A program made the translations under genes and the position numbers. A DNA stretch of 64,000 bases, from contig JBLDXI010000007.1 of NCBI GenBank assembly GCA_047495785.1, positions 1,860,001-1,924,000 on the forward strand, in the 5' to 3' direction. Source of the stretch: Lepidodermella squamata (Eukaryota > Animalia > Gastrotricha). A model generated the notes under the pieces. That model did no database searches. It was not told the DNA's origin and was given only the letters and a program-made list of their open reading frames with translations. Numbering within the stretch: the first letter of the stretch is position 1; every line of letters starts with the position of its first letter. Positions 38,636 through 51,148 of this stretch are shown here, one piece after another.

Positions 38636-41021
38636 TATTTTTAGGCAAAACGAAAATGAAAGAGCGGGATTCCAATTCAGACAAAACCGTTGCATTATTG
38701 CAAGTCCTTTATTGCGAGGCTATCTTTCTGTTTACAAAATTGGAAATTTGGAGGCGCCAACTTATAATTTTTGTTTTATTGCCATTTTGATCATTATTTG
38801 TCAGTTTTGCCACGTTCCGGAGCGGCTATAATCTATCGGCCTAAAGTGAAGACCTCTCCGTGATACCGAACAACACCGCAGCTGGTATAAGCTGCTATAT
38901 TCGCATTTTCTATTCACGTATTTTTCGTGCTATTTATTGTTTGCCTATACAAAAAAGCGAGCACTGCGCCTAATGCTGATGCGCCGACGCCCTGAGATCC
39001 GTCACAATCGTGGAGGTGAGGTGATGGTAGTAGTGCGCGGAAGCTTTTTACTCGCTTGCCCATTAAAAATTCAAACCCCGCGCACTTTACTCATCCTCTA
39101 CTCGACGCTTTTTTTCCCAGCGGTGCCAGACTGGCTACATAACTTAATGGAGCATCAACCAGCCGCGCTCGGTGGGAAATCGCGCCGGTTTTTAGAATCA
39201 TATTGCGAAATTGATTGTTATGCTTTCTACATGGCAAAAACCCACCCGAATTGTACTTCGTCATCATCATCATCATCATCGTCATATCATCGCAGGTCGG
39301 CGGCGCGCAATACAACCAAAGCGCGGCTCCTTGTTTGGGGTTAAGCATAACGTGGCGATGTTAAGAGGATTGGCCACAACGACACCGCGCGGTAGCCGGC
39401 AGAAATTCAGCGAGAGATGTACCCATTGGAGATTGCGCGCACATATCATCTATACCTACCTAGCTTCAAATAATAATTTTCGCAAAGGGACTGGTTTATT
39501 GCCACCGCCGCCGCCAGTCGCGTCGTGCGTATTGGTGGGCTACGCAGTAATACCCACGTCGAACAGCAACAAACGCACTGCAGGTCACCACGCGAACCAG
39601 GCCTGGCGGCGGCGGCTTTATTGAACGACAATATTCATTCAAAACATGCCTTGGCTCATTATCGTCAGTTTTAACGGGCCGTGAGGATTGCTGAAGCCCT
39701 TAATCGACGAGGTACTAGTTCCACTGCCGTGTTCTATTTCTGCAATAAATTTCCGGTATTAAAATGAAAAGTCCTCCTTAAATATCGTTTTTTCTGCCAT
39801 TTTTTTTAGCTGCGCATAAAACAACCCGGCAGAACCTTGTGTTTGTTTTTATAATTTCTAGGGCGCCTGTCGACTGCTGCACGAGGGGGTCATTAAAAAA
39901 GAACGCGTCGTTTATTATGGTTTTTTCGCCACTGCCACGTGCTGGTCGTGTGGTGCGGGCTCATCCCGCGCTCTCGGTGCCCATTAATAAAGAAGACCAC
40001 GACAGCCACTCTGGCGCTGCAGAAAACACACGCGCGTTTATTGCTTGTCTCCTCTCGCTCGGCGGCTGCCTGGTGTGTAATTATTTTCGCAGTAATGTGG
40101 CCGAGCAAAGCCAACCCAGACCTGGCCACCTCCTCCCGCTCGCTCGCTCGCTTGTTGCCGACCGTTGGTTTGGTTGGTTGACAATAATTTTAGTACTGCC
40201 GTACAGTTATTTAGCAGCAGGGGCTGCCGTATTGCAATATTTTGAGAAGCGTGCGCGCGTTCCATCGTATCGTGGGCCCTAAACCCGCCACCGCCGCTGT
40301 CGCATCATTACCACCACCTTCGTCGCGAGCCTCGCAAGGTGCAATGGAAGCCTCAGCGTGAATTGTTTTCGTTTCATTTAAGCCCGGTACGTGCGTTCCC
40401 TAAACTTCAAACGCCCAAAGCCATGCTGGAAATAACATAATAATAATAGGCGCTTTTAAGAGATTAGTCCTATTATTACTTCGCGTTTAGTTGTGTTATT
40501 ATTGTTATATAGCACCCGGGCGCTCGAGTTGCTAAATCTGATGAATTACCTTTATCGCCGTTCGCCATCGTCGACACACGTTTTGTGTAACAGACACAGG
40601 GCGCATCCTGTCCCATCCATCGCGAGTGAACTTTGGCTGGCCACCACTGTACGCGGTCTTTTCATAACGGGCGCGCGGGGCCTCTCGGGCACGCCTTTCT
40701 TCTCACACCGGATTAGGTGCAGCACCGTAGCCTGAATTGCGGCGGCGCTAATGCGTGCACCCGATTATGACTATGACTATGATGGTGATGATGGCACTTT
40801 TTCAAAGGAGGGGCGCCACGATCGCCATTCATTCGCTCATAGACGCCAGCAGTTTCAACTTTTCAAAGTTGCTTAGCAGCGCGATGCGTCAAAGGCGCAA
40901 AAAACTCGCGCATAAATGGTACTGAAAAGTTACCATCTCAATAACACTATGCACCGAGAAATGGTCACCTTAATTTTTTATCTCTTTTTAATTAATAGCT
41001 GTGTTAATACTTTGTAAAAAA

Positions 41022-44000
41022 ATGGTTTACTGCTGCATGGTCTGGGGCTGCCAGAACCGACCTGATCGGGAGGATTGCCGAAGCCGCGGGGTGTCTTTCC
41101 ATCGTCTCCCCGTTTCCGATTTAAACCTGCTCCAAAGCTGGGTCGCTAAGATTGGCGTGACAAATTACCCGTTGTCGCGCAATCTCCGAATCTGTTCCGA
41201 GCATTTTGAACTGGATAATTTTGTCGTTCATAAAGACGGTCGGCGTGTCTTGAAACGAACCGCCGTGCCGTCGCTATTCAACTTCCCGGCCGATAACGTT
41301 CAAGCCATGTTCCCAGCTTTCCCGCTCCACAATTTGTCGACCGATGACTTGCGGGCTTTGAAGGCGGAGCCTACGACGCCTAATTCGATGATTGCGAAAA
41401 TGAGCGCTGCATCGCCTGCAAACTTGTCTATGAAAAATAATAACCACAACGCTAACAACAACAACAACAACAACGGCGAAGAGAACCAGCAGGGATCAGG
41501 ACCTCCATCGACCCGCTGGTCTTTGTTGCCTGATGGCAAGAACATGATCGATTCTCCTTATTCAATTGGCGACGACATGAAGCCGCATGTCCACGAAGAC
41601 CTTCGGCGGTCAGGTGATAATTACGAAGTAAGTTCCGTTTTTTTCTTAATTAACGAAACTACATACTGATAAGTATTTGCGAGTTATACTTAATCACCTC
41701 GAAAAGGACGATTGATCGTTTTTTAGTTCGCCCTACTGTCGTAGGCGCTGTGCGTTTGTCACACTTTTTCGACAGATTTCGGTCATTTTTCTTGTGTGAC
41801 TTCGTGACAATTTCGATAACTGTTACACGTTTGTCTTGAAGTTGGATGTCCGGTCAGGATGACTGCATTTTTCTAGATATATCTCGACATTCGGTGCAAA
41901 GCTGTAACAAAACGAATCATATTACATTGCGATACGGTTGCGTTTTTTTATTGAATTTAACACTTTAATGAAATAATCTACGCTCGGATGCACGTAGCAT
42001 GCGCTATTCCGAAGCGAAAGGTGATGGCGCTGAGGCGAATTCGATTACCTGGGCGTTTTTTTTCCACATCTCGCCTTCGCATGTTTTTCTCGCTACAATG
42101 ACAGATGATGCCACGGCACTCATTATAACGCGCTCACGTGTACGAAAATAGATCAAGACGGCGCTAAATCTCGTAAAAAAACGCCATCCGCAAAATTACT
42201 GCGGTTAAAAAAGATAATAACGCTTGAGGTAAGGCGATAATACAATAATAACAAAAGAGCCCACGTCAGGAAATAAATTCATCGTAGTATGCAATGCCAA
42301 TGTTTTGTGAGGATTCGCAAAACAACTTCCTTTTTTTGCGAAGCCTTTCATATCTACCTTAAATTTGATAAAAGATGCGCTGATTTATGCACTCATCATC
42401 ATCTTGTAATGAGACATCATTGTCGCGTGTGATTAATGTGGAAAAGATGTCTCGGGCGAGATGTAGATGCGCGCAACGAAACTCGCACCTCTTTTGTTCT
42501 CAAAAAGTGCGCCCTGCGTTATATTATTAGTATGCGGTACAACTTGCGATGGGTGCGACCTCTCTCGCGCGGCCAACCAGGTTCCCTCGGCCCAGCCAGC
42601 GTGAAGAAGGCAAGGTGCACTACACGCTACTTGCTATAAACTACCTAGCCGTTATGCGATTATTATTGCCCGCCAATAAATTTATTTACTATGCGTTATA
42701 ATAAATTTTCGCTCAACAGACAGTTACGAGTTATTCGCATAAAAATCCCGCGAATCAGGCGCAATTTCCGTGAAAAGCCCGCGCGCGATGCGACTTGATT
42801 ATCGCGCCTAAATTAATAAAACAGTTCTCTGCTCGACTTCCGCTTACAGTCAATGCACACGCGGTGCCATAAATGCGCGGCATCTACAAAGCGAACGCGC
42901 CAACATTTATTGCGCTCAAGTTTTATGCGTTTCCGTTAACGTCATGTAGTAGTCGTAGTAGGTAAACGATCGTAAAAATTGCCAGCTATAACTGCTTCTA
43001 TTTTCGAAATAACAGCCATTCCTGAAATCTTGTTTACCAACACTTGATTTCTTTACAAGACGCTCTCGCTTATTAATTTCGGTGTCGCATTTTTTACCCG
43101 AGCTACAGTGTCATAAAAACTAGCCGTTAGAAGACCCCTGCGTAATAAAACACCTTCACATGTCTTTATTACTAGCTGGCTGCTTCATTTTTCTTAGAAA
43201 TGAATAGCTTGCACGTGCAGATATCAACTTTCCATGCTTCGCGGCTTGGGACTGCTCACTTTATTTTTAGCTGAAATTGGCGATTTGACGTCGGTGCAGA
43301 CCTGACACTTCTAATCAATTTTCAGTTGTTCGTATTCTACCCGCCACTGCGATTTTTTAAGGCGGATCTATAAACTTCTTATGTTTTCAATAGCCGAGCT
43401 ATTAATGGTGAAAAATGTCGGTATGTGGTGACCAATCTCTTTCACGGGGGCTTTTGATGCTGCCAAAAAAACACGCCACCTCTATTGAAGCATTCACGTG
43501 AGCGCGCGCACTCGTTACTCGTTTGACTCAGCGCCGGTATTGTAGCGCGATAATTTCAACATCGTGCAGTAGTATGATGTTTGATAACCCAATTTACGCT
43601 ATTTTTAGCTAAAAGCGCTAGCTTAGTTCAACTGCTTGTTTTCGCGTTTAAATAAATTTAACGCTGCGTTACAGCAACATGTGACTCAACTTGCATCATT
43701 ACCCCTGAAAAACCACCGACAAATATGGTTATTTTTGTAACCTTGAAAATGAAAAAAGTCATGGCTTTCGTTTCTACTATCAAGCGTTATCTTTTAAAAA
43801 TAACATGGCGCTTAAAGTAAAGCAAGATAACCACAGTCAAAACGGAAGCGAACATGGCAGTTCGAGCGAAATAACAGTCGACTCGCCCCTTTCTGATGTG
43901 AATCACTGCAGTAATATCGGAACCGCGCCTTCACCCCACTCATCGTCGACTGGTGGCCACGGCGGCGGAAGTGGAGTTGCTTCTCGCAAACAGTGGAGCA

Positions 44001-46611
44001 TTGAAGATAAACTGCGATGGATTGGAATGGTCGAAGCGGAAAAACTACCGCGATCGGTTATTTTACGCCGATTTCCTGGCCTCAGCTCAACAACCCTATC
44101 GATGACGCTCCGCCGTAAGAAGTTCATCATAAAACGCGCTTTGACAATGAACGGTGTTCCGACATCACGCAAGCGACTTCGAGCCGGCCAGTTCGAACAG
44201 GTCGAGGAAGAACTCGTTCGTTGGATTAAAACTGACGGCCGCGTGTTGAATGGCGGTGCATTACCGAGACCGGAAATGATCAGGCGGAAAGCTACCGAAA
44301 TCGCGGCCAGGCTTGGGGTTCAGGGCTTTGGCGCTTCGACCGGCTGGCTTCATCGCTTTAAGCAGCGCTACGATTTAGCCTCATCTTTGGTACCTTAAAT
44401 AGGCTTAGAATAATTCGATAATAATATTTTAAAATTAAGCTGGATTTTTTAATAATTTTTTGTAACAATTTTTTCTGATTTTCAGGGCTCTCCAAGTGCT
44501 GCCGAGACGCCTGGCGCTTCGTCGACTGTTTCCGGAAATGGCGGTCACAACGGTCACATGATGGGTGGGGATGATCATCTGCCTTCATCGTCTCCTCTCG
44601 TCGCTGTTTGCAACAACGACGATATGATCGATGGTGAAACTGATGAGGTGAACGTCGACGGGTCTGTTGAGCCTGATGCGAAACGCTACCGGTCATCGCC
44701 GGCCATCAGCGGCGATCAAAACATGCCGGGCAGCGGCTATGCGCGTCACCCGTTGGCGAACGGCGCCCATCATCACCTGTTGAAAATGCATCAGCCGCAT
44801 CATTTGACGCAGATGCGGCGGCCAAGGCAGCGGAAAGCTGTTCTGCCGCGCCAGTCTCGCGCCTCGCCTAACCAACAGGTCGGCGGTATGCCTCAGCCTT
44901 CGCCGCAACCACAGCAGCAGCAGCAGAACCAGCAACAGCTCACGCAACAGCAACAAGCGGCTGCGGCTGCGAATTTTATGAGTCAGCTATTTGGGGGTGC
45001 AAATTTTCTCACTGCTTTTCAGAACCAGGACCGACTCGGTTCAGGTCAGTTTTATTCCTTATAAACCAGTTATATTAGCGAGCGAAATACTAGACATTGA
45101 AAGGGTTAGGATTATAAGTGTCTTACATTTTTTTACACTACATTGTAGTCGTCTGACGAAAAATTTGAGACTTATCCGAATAATGCAGGGTAAGGGAGAA
45201 TCATTTTGGAAGATTCCCGAATATTTCTAAACGAATTTTACAAGATTGAACAAATTTGCATGGCGCCATACTTCAAATTAGTCAGCAAAGTCTTTAATTC
45301 GAAAAGAATGGAATCATGGCTGCAAAACTTGCGCGACTTCCAGGGAACCATTATAAAATGTCCAGATTTTTAGCTGATTTATGACTATGTTTTTGCATGA
45401 TGGCATATTTCGAGATTTCACAAGAAGGAAATAGGAAAATGGTTAGCGAGCTAAGCGAGCAACAATTTTGGGTTGTTACCATGAAAAGTGTCTAAAAATG
45501 CTTGGAAGTTGAGATTGTTGAAATATTTCCAGGTTTTATTAAATTTTGTGTTCTCGAAGCGGTGATCTGAGTGATGACCTTACACTGAAAATCACACAGA
45601 ATTCCATGGTAATTGCTTGGATTTTTTTAATTTATCATGGCATTGCCGGAAATAACGGAAAAGCATATATCGGCGAATGAATTGTTCAAAGATTTTTCCC
45701 CTTCTGGTCGAAGTTCGTTCTGCTTTTAGATTGATTCCCTTGAAATAAATCGATTTCTTTATTTTCGATGGGATTTCTAAAAAATCGTTTATTCTAAGAT
45801 TTGTACTCACCAATCTTTACCTATTATTAGCATAGGCGTAGTAGCCGTGAATTATTTCGGGCTGTCTTTCGATTGGTTGAGGTAGACGAAGTGCCAAAAA
45901 TTAAGCAATTAGGCACTTGGTGACCTTGTTTCAGGATTTCTCTGGGGGTGTTGAAGACCCAAACCTCCTACGCCACTAGTCATATTATTGAGTAATCCCG
46001 ATAATTTCCTACCTTAGCCTAGCTTTTGAAGTACAAATTCTCATTTCTTGGAATTCTTAGACTATTTAGTTTGAGATTTTCCTGGAATTTTTATGTTCTA
46101 ATGAGCTTTCAAAACTGATTAGCCTCATATTAATTGTTGATTTGTGCATTTTTTAGGAACCCCAGTGGCGACTCAACTCGGTGCCGGTGCTCTCGACCTG
46201 TCGGTTCGCAATCTGCCGGTGCCACCCACGCCTCTCCTCTCTATGCCGCCCCCTGGCGTAGCCACCTCATCGCTTCTCAACGCCATGGCGCCTCGCTTCG
46301 GAGCTGGCGGCGACGTAGGCCGGGTTCGTTCACTAATCGCCGGCTATCGAGAATCAGCCTCGTTTCTAACAAAAGCCGCCGATGAACTGGAAACATTCAT
46401 GGCGCAGGTGCAGCAGATCGCCACCAGCAACAACAACAATCAAGTTTCCGCATCCGGCGCTTCGTCGACAGTCAGTTCGACGAGCAGCTCATCGTCATCG
46501 AGCAATAACAATAACAACACGAACTCGCTTTTATCCTCAGCTTTTTTGAATCTTATGCCGTCATTGCCTTCGCTGTCACAGCAACTCGTTCAACAAGCTG
46601 AACTTGCCTAA
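41022..46611 (+). CDS. THAP-domain isoform: exons 41022-41627, 44486-45044, 46157-46611 (THAP + low complexity + ALDLS + NOL4-like C-terminal helix)
   Basis: C2CH THAP signature CMVWGC..FHRLP..W..RICSEHF..AVPSLF (41022-41279). Strong phase-0 donor GAA|GTAAGT at 41628, compatible with phase-0 acceptor TTTTCAG|GGC at 44486. Then a phase-1 intron 45045-46156. The THAP-to-44486 join is inferred. Confidence 0.72.
43805..46611 (+). CDS. CENP-B/pogo double-HTH isoform: exons 43805-44389, 44486-45044, 46157-46611
   Basis: RKQWSIEDKL..LSSTTLS (psq/CENP-B N-type HTH) plus RKRLRAGQFEQVEEELVRW..IRRKATEIA..FGASTGWLHRFKQRY (Tc5/CENP-B HTH). No DDE domain follows. Phase-0 donor TTG|GTACCT at 44390 and a 96-nt intron to 44486. 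Confidence 0.8.
45831..45979. mobile_element. Possible small degraded non-autonomous DNA element in an intron
   Basis: Imperfect termini CATAGGCGTAG ... CTACGCCACTAG. No clear TSD. Confidence 0.25.
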
Positions 46612-48032
46612 AAAACAACATTTGCCTCAAATTTATCTCTCTATCTCTCCTAGCCATGATCGACGACAGCTTGTTGTCACATATTAAAAGAATCTGTACA
46701 GAATATTATATACTTTTAAAGTGTGATCTTACGTTAAAAATTTTACGTTTTTTCTTTTTCTTCCGATTATTTACACTACTACTACTACTAAAACAAATTA
46801 TATCATGTCGTCTTAATCGGTGATTTTTTTGCCTGAATTTTTCTATTATTATCATGACTGATATTATACGGCGCGTAAATCTTGCCATTTCATACGCTAC
46901 CTGTGCAGCAAATATGATGAAGAAAAATACCTAGCTAAAACGAGAAAATTGTGCAAGAAAACTGTGTTTTGTAAAAATTTTCTTTATATTATCGAAAAAT
47001 TATATGAACCTTATTAACCCCTATATTAATTTTTTGGGACATCAAGAACTACAAGCTGTTAATTGTGTGCATTTGTACAAATTTACGAGTAAACTCGGAT
47101 GTTATATGGGTCGAATTTTTTTAATTGAAATTTCGTCCTGTTATTTTATGGCGTGCATCTCACAGTGCGCTGTTCTATATCTATACATTGAATTGTTATT
47201 GAAAGCCGGAGTTTTCAGTCTTGTTTGTATTTTATACCTAAATATACACATTTTTGTTGAGCTGATGTATTCGTGCTTCGCACACCGCTCGACGCTAAAT
47301 GGTGTATATGTAGATCGTGTCGGTCATGTTGTAATCTTTGTTTGAAAAGGAAACAATCTCAGCTGGAAATTGATGGAAAAAACTTGTTCTAATGATGATA
47401 ATAATGATTATAATGAATAAAAATTCAAAATTTTGGTCTAACCTAGTGTTTTTTATTGGCCTTAAGGATCACATAAAAAGGCCATGGGTCTCACTTTTAG
47501 CGGTAGCAAATTCAGCCGGAAGCGGAACCAGCTTACGAATAATTAAGCCTCCCGAAAATGCTTTTGAAATTTCATATTAAATTATCAAAAATCCAAATAA
47601 TTGGATAAATTTCAATTTGTTCGAATTTGCCCTTTCGAAGCCTTGGGAGCTCATTGAACCCTGCAATCGTGATGACGGAAATATGAAGCGGCCATTCGAT
47701 CCCTTAACCTGAAGGTTCGACAATTTCACCATCTTTTACGGGGTCAAGTCTCAGAATTCATCAGACTAACCTTATGTGTTTCTTAATGGAGCCATCTTAA
47801 TGGATCTGCTACCCCATTATTTTCAAATATTTTTACAACTGTCGATGTCCATAAAATTGTTCTGCTGGGTGTGCGATTGGATCTAATGCTATTTTACGTG
47901 CTTCATCGGCTAATAATAAATCTGGAATTTTTCTTTGCTCTCTTGCTTTATACAGTGAGTATAGCCAATATCATGATTTTTAGCTACTGATTCTAGTTTA
48001 TTATTATTATCATAATATCATCATCATCATCA

Positions 48033-48941
48033 TCATTTTTTTATCGAGCTGTTCATGTGGTCGATCAATTTGATCATAGCGTCAGTTGATTCAATTGAGC
48101 GTTTTATGTCATCAATGAACGTATCGATAGGAGCGAATAGCGGGTGCTTGGACTTCCACGACTTGACCAGAGAATAAACGTCGCCAACAGTGAAGCAGAC
48201 ACTAACAACAAACATGCCCTTGGCAAGGAAGGACAAACCGCTCCCGCTCATAATTTTTTCAGGTGTCCTAATAAGCATTTGTTGTTGAGCTGGTGACAGT
48301 AAGCCCATTACTTCAGGATGAAAAGATACCGAGATTCCTTTGCCGGTGATCGATTTGCCAATTTGGAGACCGACTTTGTTCGCTTGCAAAATCTTCGTGA
48401 TATTGCCGACTTTTACAGCATTTGACACTTGGCTGGCGAGACTCGTCAAATTGTAAACTTTCTTACCCGTGTCGAAAATGAAAGCAATCACGCTAAATAG
48501 AGCTGCATCGGTATCAATTTCACAAGATCTTTGCAAGTGGCTCACTAGTTCATTCCACTTCTCCAGTTCTTCGTTCAGCTTACTGACACTTCGCTGATGA
48601 GCACTCTGAGCTTTTTCGATTCTTCTTATGGCGATTTTGCCATCATGGCTATCACCAAATGCGCATAAGACAGTAGCAGCAATGCTGCCAGCTGCCCCGC
48701 CAACAGCTACACCGGCTGCAATGGCAGAAAGACCAAACGTTAGAGGCGCAAAGAGGAGTCCGGCAGTCGCCACGGTGCCCGCTACGCCAGCGCTGGTTCC
48801 AACAGTTTTCACAATATTGGAACCTTTGTGGGAATTTTGCACGAAACGACTGATGCTTTCGAGCTCACGAATAGTGCTCCAACTCTCATTTTTGTAGGTC
48901 TGAAGCGCTTGTCGAAGTGAATCTATCGAATAGTTATCCAT
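48033..48941 (-). CDS. Apolipoprotein L-like protein, intronless
   Basis: IRELESIS..HKGSNIVKTVGTSAGVAG..GLLFAPLTFGLS is the ApoL hydrophobic-hairpin signature, followed by a coiled coil and C-terminal DVYSLV..W...H. Confidence 0.75.
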   Translation of the reverse strand: MDNYSIDSLRQALQTYKNESWSTIRELESISRFVQNSHKGSNIVKTVGTSAGVAGTVATAGLLFAPLTFGLSAIAAGVAVGGAAGSIAATVLCAFGDSHDGKIAIRRIEKAQSAHQRSVSKLNEELEKWNELVSHLQRSCEIDTDAALFSVIAFIFDTGKKVYNLTSLASQVSNAVKVGNITKILQANKVGLQIGKSITGKGISVSFHPEVMGLLSPAQQQMLIRTPEKIMSGSGLSFLAKGMFVVSVCFTVGDVYSLVKSWKSKHPLFAPIDTFIDDIKRSIESTDAMIKLIDHMNSSIKK

Positions 48942-49052
48942 TCTAATAAGAGCCCGATAATACAGTTTTTTGAAAAAGGGTGTGTGTTCACCTATATTCT
49001 TAAAAAATTAATCTAAAGAAATAATAGAAATATAGGTAATATATATAATATA

Positions 49053-49398
49053 CCGTACTGCCCGAAAATAATGTCAGCCTCGAACAAATGGCAGCCTCAA
49101 ATAAATGTCAGATCAATGGCGGGGACAGTACTGAAGATCACTAATGAGATCATTATAGCCATTCTGAATGGAAATAATTTCTACTCTTGGCACATAGAAA
49201 GGTCAGGGACCAATTTTTTGGGTCAAAATACGTAGAATCTCAGGAAAATGTATGCCATTTTGGTACCAAGCAAGTTACTAGTTAGCTCGAATAAATAAAT
49301 GTCAGGCCCGAAATAAATGTCAGTCCCTTTTAAATGTTAGAGGTTCATCAACGTTTGAAAAAAAACAAATTTCATGGTTTTTGTTCCGGGCAGTACGG
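49053..49398. mobile_element. MITE with CCGTA-type TIRs and TA TSD
   Basis: TA|CCGTACTGCCCG ... CGGGCAGTACGG|TA. Internal repeats of ATAA(A)TGTCAG, about 4 copies. Confidence 0.85.
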
Positions 49399-49426
49399 TA
49401 TGTTAATGACTATAAAACGAATCCAG

Positions 49427-50164
49427 TCGCATATAAATATAAATTAGTTGGTACAGTAGGTATTAAGGGAATACTCTATTATGGCTATATCCTAGACTTT
49501 GATAAATGAAAACACTTTGATAAAACTAGCTTTAAAAAGGGGCACCTCAGCGCCCTTGGGAAAACCTGGAAAAACAGCTTATTGAAGACCTGGTAAAAGG
49601 TCTTCAAAAACGTGCCAGCCAGTTCCCCAAAGAGCCGGGGTGCTCCTCCGAAAGCTAGCTTCATCGCAGTAAACTACCGGAGAGAAAAACGCGCAGAATA
49701 ACTAGTATACTAGTTATACTAGTAATGATGCATAATCCTCGTATTTTCTCGAAGAGCAGCGTAGCGAAGGCAAAAAAAGTCAACAGAAAAAACATGATAA
49801 TATGATTCATCTTATATCAAAGTGTAATGAGCCTCTAGTATATGCGCATAATCTGAAGCGACTTTTTGGAGTGTTAAAGGGTCATACCACAGTTAAAATA
49901 GCGTAAAAAATTGAAATAACAATTCCATCTCTGGAAATTTTTTATTCAACTATAGAGAAATTCAATTTCCCAATGGCTAAATTTTAACATGCGCATGTAG
50001 GAATACCTAAGGCCAAAATAAACTTGTACAAAATCTGATCCACCGTTCACTACACAAATTCTACATCATTGTTACCATATCGTTTACTACATACCGAAAA
50101 ACTATTTATTCAAGCTCTAAATCCTCAATACCTACTGTACCAAATAATTTATATTTATATGCGA
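49427..50164. mobile_element. Inverted-repeat (foldback/MITE-like) element
   Basis: 38-bp inverted repeat TCGCATATAAATATAAATTA(G/T)TTGGTACAGTAGGTATT with one mismatch. It encloses a TA|CAGTAGG...CCTACTG|TA pogo-like core (49454-50137). Confidence 0.75.
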
Positions 50165-51148
50165 TATTCATTTTAATAGATTATGCTAACTATCTTCGAT
50201 TCTTGTGACTAATTTTGATACTACGTTCTCGGGGAAAACTTATTTCATTCGAAAAACAAAAATGGGACTAAAACCTTTTCATATTTTCAAAAAATTACAG
50301 CAAAAAAGTGACAACTCGGATCGCCGTAAATCTTTCCCCATTAAATTATGCCGGTTCAGGGGCCAAATTAGGGTGCATCAAAGAAGTACTTTCCTGCGGA
50401 AAAATCGAACTCGGAAAATACGAGAAAATCGATATTTTCATGTCGGATGATTTTAGTCACATTTTTGGTTGTCTGATGAAAAATGTCACACCGACGTTCT
50501 CTATGAATTTATTTAAATACAGATACTAATGCGAATTTTTCTTAATTCGAAACGCGAACATTCATGGTTTCGTAGCAACAAATTCAACGGCCATAAAACG
50601 AAAGATAATAAAACCCAAAAACCACAATACCAGGTCTGTTGTGAGAAGGTAATCACCAGATACCGGATGATCATTTGCGGAGGCTGGGTAATGGAGATGC
50701 AGTCGGTAATATTACTACATAGTACATAGGTATATCTTAGGATTCTGTGTGCTGTGGGTTCCTTACGTCGCAACACGAACGATATCCTTTTCGCTGAACC
50801 GGTTTTTTTATTCGCAACAAAAAATACAGCTAGAACTACAGTTGTTTGCATTCGAACATGATCTGAATATTCGTGTTTTGTGGCTCAGGCAAAAAATCGG
50901 CCCAGTCCTGCGTCCGTCAACATCTACGTCACATGGTTAAATGCTCCATTCATGATTAAACAATTTAAATTTTCGAGGGGTGTTTTTTTTATTCGACTCG
51001 GCTTCGACACGTTCATTTATTTGACCCAGACCGCCCGAGTGGGGAATAAAAAAAACTCCCCAAGCGCGTGGAAAATTTGGATAGCACGCGTGCTGAATAG
51101 TGGGAAACAGCTTTGTAGTAAAAGTTGGAAGAAAATCAAAATTTTGAA

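Noticed and set aside
38937-40735. Cluster of 80-147 aa ORFs upstream of the THAP exon
   Set aside because: No recognisable domains, overlapping on both strands, mostly non-ATG starts. Consistent with GC-richer regulatory DNA.
41001-41669. P-element transposase
   Set aside because: The THAP domain is followed only by low-complexity sequence and a splice donor. No catalytic region or TIRs.
43805-44398. Autonomous Tigger/pogo transposon
   Set aside because: No DDE domain and no TIRs around the exon. It splices into host-type exons.
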